A stretch of DNA of 64,000 bases. Origin: Coraliomargaritaceae bacterium. Its GTDB lineage: Bacteria > Verrucomicrobiota > Verrucomicrobiia > Opitutales > Coraliomargaritaceae. Below, piece by piece: positions 11,113-18,868 of the stretch (positions within the stretch are counted from its first letter, which is position 1; the number at the start of each line of letters is the position of its first letter). The translations under genes were made by a program, and so were the position numbers. Location: assembly GCA_965656495.1 (NCBI GenBank), contig CBFHKU010000007.1:2781-66780 (forward strand). Reading direction: 5' to 3'. The notes beneath the pieces were generated by a model. It ran no database searches, was not told where the DNA came from, and saw only the letters and a program-made list of their open reading frames with translations.

Positions 11113-13061
11113 AAATCGCATCCATTCTAATCTACAGCCACGATGCTCAGTTAAGGGAACTGAAGTTTAATACCGGTGGCCTAAACGTGATAACAGGACG
11201 TTCATCCACGGGTAAGTCGGCACTATCCACAATTGTCGAATACTGCATGGGAAGGAGTAGTTTCAAAGTGCCTGAGGGAGTTATTCGTGATAAGGTTTCG
11301 TGGTATGGGGTTATTTATCAGTTTGATGGGGAGCAGGTTCTGATTGCAAAGCCTCGACCAAGTAAGAACCATTCCAGTTGCTCGACCACAATGCTGCATC
11401 GAGGCGCAAAGATTAGCCCACCAGAATATAAGGAGCTCAAGGTCAACAGTGATGATGCGACTGTTGTAGGCCTCTTGTCCGACTTGCTGGGTATTCCTGA
11501 GAATAGAACCTCCGTGGAACTGCATCAGAGCCGCAATAGCTATGAAGCTAATGTGAAGCATACTTACTACTACCTATTCCAGAAACAGAGTTTGGTTGCG
11601 AATAATGAACAGCTGTTCTACCGACAGAACGAGCCTCAGATGCCTCAGGCAATTAAGGATACACTCCCTATCTTACTCGGTGTAGCGCCTGAGAACAAAC
11701 TGGAGACTGAGACTAAACTTAGGATCGCGAAACGAGAACTCAAAATTCAGGAGAAGCTGATCTCAGAGGCGAATCAGTTTGCCGAGGAGCTTAATACACG
11801 CGGCGTGTCTCTATTGGCTGAGGCTAAACAGGTGGATGTATTGGGAGATTTTGATACACCTGAAACAAATGACGATATCGTCGAATTATTGAAGAGAACT
11901 CTTGATTGGAGGCCAAATGCACTGCCTGATGACCAAGCTGGGCGTATTTCAACCTTAGAAGATGAAGTGCGTTTGCTCAGGTCTGAACGGTCGAAGCTTA
12001 GAGATAGTTTAAAAGCGGCTAAAAATTTCTCCGACAGAGAAGAAGGCTTCTCTAAAGAGGCATCTGAGCAGAAAGATCGCCTAGAATCTATTAATGCTCT
12101 ACCGAGGGCTCATGAAACTGGTGAATGGCAATGGCCTTTTTGCGAAGAAAATTTAGGGATGAGGATGCCCATCGCCAGTGTATTACTAGGAGAACTGGAG
12201 TCGTTAAATCAAGAGATGATGGAGGTTCTCGGAGAGCGGCCACAACTCCAGGAGTATATGTCTAAACTAGAAGAAGGCATTGAGAAGTTTTCGCTCAAGA
12301 TTCAGCAGAAAAACGAAGCCTTAGCATCGGCGATTTCAGCCAATGAAGCTATTGCTGAAATGGGAAACATAAATAATGCAGCCGCAAAAACTGTTGGGCG
12401 AATCAGTCTTTTTCTGGAGACTTATAGACCCGAGGGGGACTTAGAGAATCTATTGAAGCGACGTGATCAATTGGCTCGAAGAGTTGAGATGCTAGAACAC
12501 GAGATTGGCGCGGACGATAGCGCTGAGCGACTCGCATCCATCTTAAACATTATGTCGAGCAGGATTGGGGTCTATGCTAAGGAATTAGAAGCTGAGTTTT
12601 CCGAGCATCCCTTCCATTTTGATTTCAATAACTTGACTATAGTTGCTGATAGGCCTGACCGAGCTCCTGTCCCAATGGCGAATACAGGAGGAGGCTCTAA
12701 CCACCTAGCGTATCATCTAGCTACGTTATTAGCTTTGCATCATTTTTCTTTCAAAAACAAGCGACCTATACCCTCGATCTTAATGATCGACCAGCCGACA
12801 CAAGTCTACTTTCCGTCTGAAGTGTCATATGAGGAGGCTGGAGGTTCAGTCGCTCAGACTGAGAGAGATGCGGATATTGAAAAGGTCAGGACTCTCTTTC
12901 AGTTGCTCTACCGCTTTGCATCCGAGGAGTGCCCTGGGTTTCAGATAATCGTAAGTGAACACGCAAACCTAAAGGATCAATGGTATCAGGATTCTCTCGT
13001 GGAAGACCCATGGACGAAACCACCGGCACTTGTTCCAGACGAATGGTCGAGTGAAGCATAA
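11109..13061 (+). CDS. lmuB: Lamassu SMC-like ABC ATPase LmuB (DUF3732)
   Basis: Walker A GRSSTGKS, long coiled coil, signature TGGGSNHL, Walker B LMIDQPTQVYF. Confidence 0.85.
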   Translation: MKIASILIYSHDAQLRELKFNTGGLNVITGRSSTGKSALSTIVEYCMGRSSFKVPEGVIRDKVSWYGVIYQFDGEQVLIAKPRPSKNHSSCSTTMLHRGAKISPPEYKELKVNSDDATVVGLLSDLLGIPENRTSVELHQSRNSYEANVKHTYYYLFQKQSLVANNEQLFYRQNEPQMPQAIKDTLPILLGVAPENKLETETKLRIAKRELKIQEKLISEANQFAEELNTRGVSLLAEAKQVDVLGDFDTPETNDDIVELLKRTLDWRPNALPDDQAGRISTLEDEVRLLRSERSKLRDSLKAAKNFSDREEGFSKEASEQKDRLESINALPRAHETGEWQWPFCEENLGMRMPIASVLLGELESLNQEMMEVLGERPQLQEYMSKLEEGIEKFSLKIQQKNEALASAISANEAIAEMGNINNAAAKTVGRISLFLETYRPEGDLENLLKRRDQLARRVEMLEHEIGADDSAERLASILNIMSSRIGVYAKELEAEFSEHPFHFDFNNLTIVADRPDRAPVPMANTGGGSNHLAYHLATLLALHHFSFKNKRPIPSILMIDQPTQVYFPSEVSYEEAGGSVAQTERDADIEKVRTLFQLLYRFASEECPGFQIIVSEHANLKDQWYQDSLVEDPWTKPPALVPDEWSSEA

Positions 13062-13072
13062 TTACCAGTCTC

Positions 13073-13364
13073 ATGAGTAGCGTAACGAAAAGTCTAAATG
13101 TTATTTTTTAAGAGGCACTGGCTTATTTTCTGGTATGATTTGAGAGACAAAATGCGTGATGAATGCGATACCTACACAGAGAGAGACATTGAGAAAATTG
13201 AGGTCAAAAACGATGAGTTTAGCTTGAGGTATTGGTTTATACGTGAAGAGCTTGACTAGGAACTTGTGCCTTGCGTCAAGCTTACCGGTAGCGCCACTTT
13301 TAAAGTGTTTGCGCATGACCATATATTTAAAATCGGCAACCCTAGTTTTGTTAAAGAAGCGTAG
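13073..13364 (+). pseudogene. pglZ: 5' remnant of BREX phosphatase PglZ (frameshift and internal stop)
   Basis: ATG at 13073: MSSVTKSLNVIF, +1 T in a T-run, then KRHWLIFWYDLRDKMRDE..IEKIEVKNDEFSLRY..REE, TAG at 13257. Matches the PglZ N-terminal F.RHR.VFWYD..EKIE..NNEF.LKY pattern. Not in the ORF track; the end coordinate is approximate. Confidence 0.75.
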
Positions 13365-13494
13365 GCGACCAACTCGAAAGTTCGGGTTATGTAGGTAATC
13401 GCAAGCAAGGCAATGATCATTGCCATAAAGAAAGGGAGTAGCAGGAGGATAACCTTGGTAATGGTGGTATGCCCTACGCGCAACCGAGAAAAAG

Positions 13495-13557
13495 GGGGCG
13501 TCAGTTCTGTTTAAGGTTACATCGTAGGCGTTACCAGTGGTGATAAACTGACACTCC
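13495..13557. repeat. Imperfect 12-bp inverted repeat (REP/MITE-like)
   Basis: GGGGCGTCAGTT (13495-13506) and AACTGACACTCC (13546-13557), 10/12 complementary. Confidence 0.5.
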
Positions 13558-13595
13558 TACCATATTATCTGTGTTTTCCCCGAACTAGAGAGAAG

Positions 13596-14324
13596 TTAAG
13601 GCTTTAAGTTACTTATGTTGCCCCAGGTTTTTACGAATTCATCGGCAAGTTTTGAGAAAGCTTCTTTTTCGGTTTCCAGTCTGACTTTGTCAGCCAACTC
13701 TCTGGTTCCCCATGCTGAAGAAAGCTTTTTGTCGGATGCAGTTGATTCGTAGGCAGAATAGATATATCCGGTTCGGGTATCAATGAGTAGGGCAGATGCT
13801 GTTGTCGTGGCATGTATGCGCTTATTGGGTGAGAAGCCTAGGGTAATCGTAGTCAAGACTCTCGCTTTGTCTTCGTCGAAGAAAACGGTATCGAAAGTAT
13901 ACAGAAGGATCAAATCGCCCTTCAGTTTGGATGCGCTTTCTCTTAGCTGATCCAGTGAATTCAATTGATCCGGGAGGAGCAAGCGATTCAAGGAAATGAT
14001 TTGATTTACTTTCGGGAGCGATTGGATCTGCTGGAGGGCTTTTTCTTCTTCCACTTCTCTAGTTGGAACAACCGAATATCTCCCGCGCGCAACAACCCCT
14101 CCATATTTCCCCAGATTGTAGTTCGTGTAGTTGCCATCTTGAACTCGGATAGCGACTATATTGGCAGGGAAAGGATTGGATGGTTCGCTTAAGAAGCCAT
14201 CTTTAATGTTCATTGGGGCCAATTCGGCGAGATTCGCTCTCGTACCAGGGGTTTGATAGGTTTGCATGCATCCAGACAGAAGGCAGGCTAGAATGAAGGC
14301 TATAATGCTGGATGAATATTTCAT
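13596..14324 (-). CDS. Hypothetical lipoprotein
   Basis: Lipobox LSGC after a hydrophobic signal; 242-aa ORF. Confidence 0.75.
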   Translation of the reverse strand: MKYSSSIIAFILACLLSGCMQTYQTPGTRANLAELAPMNIKDGFLSEPSNPFPANIVAIRVQDGNYTNYNLGKYGGVVARGRYSVVPTREVEEEKALQQIQSLPKVNQIISLNRLLLPDQLNSLDQLRESASKLKGDLILLYTFDTVFFDEDKARVLTTITLGFSPNKRIHATTTASALLIDTRTGYIYSAYESTASDKKLSSAWGTRELADKVRLETEKEAFSKLADEFVKTWGNISNLKP

Positions 14325-14502
14325 ATTTGATACCGGTTTTAAATTAATAATAAGGATATAAATCCCATATAATAAAAAATAAACCTAAAAAATAAAAATA
14401 TAGAGATCAAGCGCAGCTAGAAGTGTGTAGCTAGCTCAACCTTTTGCCTTTGAACACAGGCCATTATGTATGATTCGAAGAGCTCAGATATGGTGCGGTA
14501 AG

Positions 14503-14570
14503 AGAAATTCTGTAATGCGGGGGCGGTCTTCGCAGGAGGGGGAACCTGGCTAGGGGCGGTTTCGCTGATC
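14503..14570 (+). repeat. Gene-tail repeat X, copy A (encodes RNSVMRGRSSQEGEPG*)
   Basis: 27-bp core 14510-14536 is identical to 18320-18346. Confidence 0.8.
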
Positions 14571-14601
14571 CTGTTGGTTTGCGGCGCGACTTGTTGTCAT
14601 G

Positions 14602-14721
14602 CTAGTCATAATTCTAGTCAGAATTCTATGCAGATATGGATTTTAATAATTTATAAACCATTCTACAATAACATTTAATGGTGCGTTATGTGATTGACAA
14701 TTCTAGTCAAATATCTAGTCA
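14602..14721 (+). promoter_or_regulatory. Two pairs of CTAGTCA direct repeats upstream of yjjJ; the second pair abuts a TTGACA hexamer
   Basis: CTAGTCA at 14602, 14614, 14703 and 14715 (12-bp period in each pair); TTGACA at 14694-14699. Confidence 0.55.
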
Positions 14722-14732
14722 TTTAGTAGGCG

Positions 14733-16052
14733 ATGCGTGAAACAATTGCAGCTATTTTGTCGCAGGGGCCGGCGACCTCGAAGGAAATTCAGGCTCTAAC
14801 GGGTCTGACTCAGGCAGCGGTGTCTCGTCAGCTTCGCATGATGAGGGATTCGATCATTCGGCGGAAGGCGGGTCGGGTCGTTTATTATGCAATGACACGG
14901 AATGCCTTTGGGGGGAGTGACCGCTTTCCCCTTTTTATGGTTGATGCGCATGGAAACAACACTGCGGTCGCGAACCTACGTCCCTTGGCACATGGAGGGT
15001 TTTTTGTGCAACCATTGACCGGGGCTTCTGGAGTATTGGCCGGTGAGCGTGGAGATGGCTTTTATGACGATCTCCCTTATTTCTTGTACGATCTTGCTCC
15101 GCAGGGATATCTCGGGCGGCATATTGCGGAGGAGATGGCTGCCCAATCGCCGGATTTCCCGAATGATGCGCGTCAATGGAATGTCGATCACATCGGTCGT
15201 TACCTTATTTCGAATGGCGATGACTTGCCGGGTAATTTCAAGTTTGGCGAACAGGCGCATTTGCGCGTGCGCAGGAAGCCGCGCGGGGTGACATCAAAGG
15301 ATTATCCAGAGTTGGCGGATGAAGTAATGCGTGGAATTCTCCCTGGATCTTCGGCGGGGGGTGAACAACCAAAGTTTACCGCTTTTTGCAGTGAGAGAAT
15401 GTCGCATGTAATCGTGAAGTTTTCGCCAACCGGTGACGACGCGATCGCGCGGCGTTGGCGTGACATTCTCATTGCTGAATTCCATGCAGCGGAGGCCTTA
15501 CACCATGAATCATGGCCCGCGGCTGAGACGACTTTGATCGAGGCTGGGGGGCGACTGTTTTTAGAGTCTCAACGTTTTGATCGTTCCGGCGAGTATGGTC
15601 GGATGTCGATGATTTCAATGCAAGCCATCGACTCTGAGTTTACCGGAATCGGGAATGACTGGTACCGGGTTGCTGAAGCACTCTTTCAGCGTGAGCTTAT
15701 TTCGTGGCAACATTATCTGGATGTGTTGTCGCTATGGTGTTTCGGAAAGCTGATCAATAATACCGATAAGCACTTGGGTAATCTGAGTCTGGGGATTGAC
15801 GGAAACGTATTTCGGATCTTACCCGTATACGATATGTGCCCGATGGGCTTTGCGCCTCAGGGAGGTCAAGTGCTTCCGTATGATTTTTCACCCCGCGCAC
15901 TGACCGACGTGGGTTTCATTGAAGATTGTATGAATGATGCTGTAATGATCGCGCACGACTTCTGGGAGCGTGTAGCTGGAGATGATCGCATATCCAAAGA
16001 TTTCAGGGAATTTCTTGCCAAGGGAAATCCGATGGATCGGCTCGTTTCGTGA
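14733..16052 (+). CDS. yjjJ: HipA-family kinase toxin, YjjJ type (N-terminal HTH)
   Basis: N-terminal HTH (SKEIQALTGLTQAAVSRQL), GSSAGGEQPKF, RFDR, NTDKHLGNLS, PVYDMCPM. Confidence 0.85.
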   Translation: MRETIAAILSQGPATSKEIQALTGLTQAAVSRQLRMMRDSIIRRKAGRVVYYAMTRNAFGGSDRFPLFMVDAHGNNTAVANLRPLAHGGFFVQPLTGASGVLAGERGDGFYDDLPYFLYDLAPQGYLGRHIAEEMAAQSPDFPNDARQWNVDHIGRYLISNGDDLPGNFKFGEQAHLRVRRKPRGVTSKDYPELADEVMRGILPGSSAGGEQPKFTAFCSERMSHVIVKFSPTGDDAIARRWRDILIAEFHAAEALHHESWPAAETTLIEAGGRLFLESQRFDRSGEYGRMSMISMQAIDSEFTGIGNDWYRVAEALFQRELISWQHYLDVLSLWCFGKLINNTDKHLGNLSLGIDGNVFRILPVYDMCPMGFAPQGGQVLPYDFSPRALTDVGFIEDCMNDAVMIAHDFWERVAGDDRISKDFREFLAKGNPMDRLVS

Positions 16053-16121
16053 TGAATAATAGGGTTGGGTGTGAGTTTATCGCTACCAGCAACACTTCCC
16101 GTATGGTCTTTGCCTTTCACC

Positions 16122-16195
16122 GGAGAAATCCGCGAGACCGCCATGAAACTCCGCGCCCTCTACGAAGCCCTCGTTCCCAAAGGGTAGGGGTGGGT
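16122..16195 (+). repeat. 74-bp direct repeat, copy 2 (duplicated menF 3' end)
   Basis: Matches 6679-6752 at 73/74. Confidence 0.95.
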
Positions 16196-16253
16196 ACGAT
16201 GAGGAGTGCCCGATGCCTAGGCGCAGCCTAGGTGTTGACTGTCTCGACTGGTT
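16195..16253 (-). other. attC site (degenerate terminal GTA)
   Basis: AACCAGTCGAGACAGTCAAC-ACCTAGGC-TGC-GCCTAGG...CATCGTA; R'' TGTGAAC is the exact complement of the cassette start GTTCACA. Confidence 0.75.
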
Positions 16254-16635
16254 CACACCAGAATTCTTTCTTGCGGGGCATAATGTAAACTAGGACGACG
16301 ATTCCAACTACGGTCCCGATTGGGAATAGCAAAATGACCATAATCGAAAAGAGCGTAAGGAACCAGAAGAACCAAGGGGCTCTATATTGATAAGCGAACA
16401 GGGCAATTAATACCATCACTATTCCGGCAAGAGCAGTGAGGATTCCAAGGGCGGAGGTATTCAATGCAAGGCTTATGCTTTCGGCAAGTGCTTCAGTCGA
16501 ATTCTCTTCTTCTATTTTATGTTCTTTTATTTCCTTAAAGGCACCAAGCATACCAATAACAGTCCCGAGTAGTCCGAAGACTAGGCCGAATTGGAGTAGT
16601 GCACCGATTAGTGCGAGTGATTTCCCTTTTTTCAT
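16228..16635 (-). CDS. Cassette gene: membrane protein with a MotA/TolQ/ExbB-channel-like segment
   Basis: GLLGTVIGMLGAF...ALAESISLALNTSALG; stop lies inside the attC. Confidence 0.7.
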   Translation of the reverse strand: MKKGKSLALIGALLQFGLVFGLLGTVIGMLGAFKEIKEHKIEEENSTEALAESISLALNTSALGILTALAGIVMVLIALFAYQYRAPWFFWFLTLFSIMVILLFPIGTVVGIVVLVYIMPRKKEFWCEPVETVNT

Positions 16636-16645
16636 TTCACTTGTG

Positions 16646-16693
16646 AACGTAGAGGATGAGCGTTGGCGTAGCCGTTGCTCAATCCGTCTGGTT
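16646..16693 (-). other. attC site
   Basis: AAC-CAGAC-GGATTGAG...CTCATCC-TCTAC-GTT: canonical R''-5-L''(8)...L'(7)-5-R' geometry with one extrahelical base. Confidence 0.88.
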
Positions 16694-17173
16694 TTCCTTT
16701 ATTTGATCAAGGAGTGTTGGGTGCTTAATTGCTTCTTCTGCGATTCGATCCTTAAGTTTATTTCTTCCTTCCATAATGAGCTCAGGTGTTCCTTTATCCT
16801 CACGGTTGTAATAAGCTACCATACGATCGATGCAGAATTCTTTTACAGCTGCTAGGTCTTCTTTTTCGACCATTCCAAGAATCGCGATACTATATGCCAC
16901 GCATAATTCTTCATCATGGCGTATGCCGTCCAGTAATGCTTCATTTACTTCTGAGCAGTCTTTGATCCACATGTATAACTGTTCAGGTGAAGCTCCTTCG
17001 GCAGTATCGATCAATTGGAGGAATTCATTTTTCTCTTCTTCTGTCCAACCGATTAATTCATCCCATCCGGTAAAGGTAATTAGCGGTGTTTGTAGCTTGT
17101 TCCATTTCGTTCCAGCAAAGAATGCGATAGCACAGAGTGCTAATCCGGCGAGTGTTATGGAGGCTTTATTCAT
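16679..17173 (-). CDS. Cassette gene: hypothetical protein with N-terminal TM/signal
   Basis: ATG 6 nt after the upstream attC GTT; the ORF-track extension to 17236 is attC read-through. Confidence 0.7.
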   Translation of the reverse strand: MNKASITLAGLALCAIAFFAGTKWNKLQTPLITFTGWDELIGWTEEEKNEFLQLIDTAEGASPEQLYMWIKDCSEVNEALLDGIRHDEELCVAYSIAILGMVEKEDLAAVKEFCIDRMVAYYNREDKGTPELIMEGRNKLKDRIAEEAIKHPTLLDQIKENQTD

Positions 17174-17179
17174 TTTTTG

Positions 17180-17226
17180 AACGTCGAAGACTGTGCGGCG
17201 AATGCCGTTGCCACCCTCGTCTGGTT
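17180..17226 (-). other. attC site (partly degenerate stem)
   Basis: AACCAGACGAGGGTGGCAACGGCATTCGCCGCACAGTCTTCGACGTT. Confidence 0.8.
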
Positions 17227-17232
17227 CGGGTT

Positions 17233-17967
17233 TCATTCTTCGTAGGCTAAGGGTTCTATGATCACCTTGAAAAATGCCAAAGACTCTGACTCAGACAACC
17301 GATAAGTCTTAAGAAGTGAAGACACATAACTATTCCCGTGTAGTGAATTCGAACCCGCATCGGCGACTTCAAACCATTGTGACAAATTATAACTCTTCAT
17401 TAGCTTTTGTGAGTAGCCGGACGTGGCGGAAAAAGATACTTCGATGAATTCATTTCTTTTTTCTATCTGTATTTCCTTATGGTCAAGTGCAGGCGTATAT
17501 GCCCTATGCTCGAGAACCTTTCCGAAAGTATCATTGCCGATGCCCCATATGCCCCCATACTCCGATGCTGACCAATTTCCTTCTTCTGAGATAGTGAAAT
17601 CACGATAAAACACCATTCCTCCACCGTAGTCTAAAAGCTTTGATCCATTCCAAAGAGTTTTTTGAAAATCGAAGAGTTCCGATAGAGTCGTCACTGGATC
17701 TGTAGAGTCACGTCTCGATACCGAAAAAATGCGATGCCTGTCGAAACTGTGAGATAGCCAACGATCCGTAAAATTAAAGATGCGCAATTCCTGGCTGGGG
17801 ATGTCGAATATGAAAAAAGCAGGTTCTTCACTCTGAATAGCCACGACAGGGAACACTGCCGAAGTAAAACCGGTTGAGGTGTAATCAAACTGCCCAGTAA
17901 TTTGATTGGCTTTGAGTGTGCCTACAACTGCGAAGAATAGCAGGGTAAATTTCTTTATTTTATTCAT
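17233..17967 (-). CDS. Cassette gene: secreted hypothetical protein
   Basis: Signal peptide; GGAG then ATG directly after the upstream attC GTT. Confidence 0.7.
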   Translation of the reverse strand: MNKIKKFTLLFFAVVGTLKANQITGQFDYTSTGFTSAVFPVVAIQSEEPAFFIFDIPSQELRIFNFTDRWLSHSFDRHRIFSVSRRDSTDPVTTLSELFDFQKTLWNGSKLLDYGGGMVFYRDFTISEEGNWSASEYGGIWGIGNDTFGKVLEHRAYTPALDHKEIQIEKRNEFIEVSFSATSGYSQKLMKSYNLSQWFEVADAGSNSLHGNSYVSSLLKTYRLSESESLAFFKVIIEPLAYEE

Positions 17968-17972
17968 TCTCC

Positions 17973-18030
17973 AACGTCGAGTGCGGATAATCGTGTGCGC
18001 TAGCGCACGGGTTGCCCGTCACGTCTGGTT
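17973..18030 (-). other. attC site
   Basis: AAC-CAGAC-GTGACGGG...GTGCGCTAGCGCAC...TCCGCAC-TCGAC-GTT. Confidence 0.85.
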
Positions 18031-18233
18031 TGAGTTTTCATTAAGTCAGTTTCGGTTCCTTTGATGCCTGTGTCCTTCATGCTGAAATTTAACTGTGTTG
18101 TTTTGAATGTCAGCGATGCCGTCATGGATCTGAATCTATGGGCTGGAGGATTATTGGAAATTGACAAGATAGGGCATAATGTTTCCACCGCAAGCAAAAC
18201 AATTAAATTGTAAAAAATATATTGCAAGCACAC

Positions 18234-18375
18234 GCAAACCCACGGTTCGTTGAAGCAGGCCCCGGTTCCGGCAGCAAAGCGGCATTGTATGCGGCTCGGC
18301 GGGGTGGAGGTCAGAAATGCTGTAATGCGGGGGCGGTCTTCGCAGGGTGAGCCGGGCTAGGGTGGTCGCTGCTCG
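18234..18375 (+). repeat. Gene-tail repeat X, copy B (FVEAGPGSGSKAALYAARR/VEVRNAVMRGRSSQGEPG*)
   Basis: Shares its left part with 20237-20343 and its right part with 14503-14570. Confidence 0.8.
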
Positions 18376-18443
18376 AACGTTAGAGGTGTATCAAGGAGTG
18401 AAGTCAGGCAGCGACCTAACGGAGTTGACACCACCGCCTGGAT
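18376..18443 (-). other. attC site (AAC mutated to ATC)
   Basis: ATC-CAGGC-GGTGGTGTCAAC...GATACACC-TCTAAC-GTT. Confidence 0.8.
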
Positions 18444-18446
18444 CGA

Positions 18447-18836
18447 TCACCGAGCCTCCCAGATGACTACAGCCTGTCGGTCTTCAGGCAAAATTATCGT
18501 CGAGTGATAGAATCCATAATCTTCCATATAGTCATCCGCTCGTGCTTGGTGATAACCTTTCGAATCAGACCATCGAATCGTTGTGGCTGATTCAGAGAAA
18601 TTCTTCCTGATTTTGACTGCTCTGAACTGGTTCTCTTTCAGTGATTCCATTTTTGTTTCTGTGGAGCCAAGGATAACCGATATGTCATGGATTGGCTCTC
18701 CGGTTCGATTGATAACAGTAATTCTCGGAGAGCCGAAGACCTCTAGAATAGGTGTAGAGAGGACGTAGCCTGCGATACCGAAAATGAAGGCTCCAGAAAA
18801 GATCACTCCAGCCGCGATGATTGTTTTCATTTTCAT
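18447..18836 (-). CDS. Cassette gene: hypothetical protein with N-terminal TM helix
   Basis: MKMKTIIAAGVIFSGAFIFGIAG...; stop 3 nt before the attC. Confidence 0.65.
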   Translation of the reverse strand: MKMKTIIAAGVIFSGAFIFGIAGYVLSTPILEVFGSPRITVINRTGEPIHDISVILGSTETKMESLKENQFRAVKIRKNFSESATTIRWSDSKGYHQARADDYMEDYGFYHSTIILPEDRQAVVIWEAR

Positions 18837-18868
18837 TCTTCTTGTGGCACTCAATCCCTCGTCATTAT

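Larger units (their letters stand above)
6753..16121. mobile_element. Defence genomic island inserted at the menF 3' end; no integrase
   Basis: Bounded by the 74-bp direct repeats; visibly AT-richer than the flanks; defence and toxin cargo. Confidence 0.8.

Noticed and set aside
13101..13483. Two small minus-strand ORFs (73 and 75 aa)
   Set aside because: They mostly shadow the pglZ remnant on +. A truncated membrane-gene fragment at 13365-13483 cannot be excluded but is unsupported.
16049..16231. 60-aa ORF after yjjJ as a possible antitoxin
   Set aside because: It is an out-of-frame read through the duplicated menF tail and the attC.
18000..18233. 77-aa minus-strand ORF
   Set aside because: It spans an AT-rich patch and reads into the attC; more likely the remnant of a truncated cassette gene.
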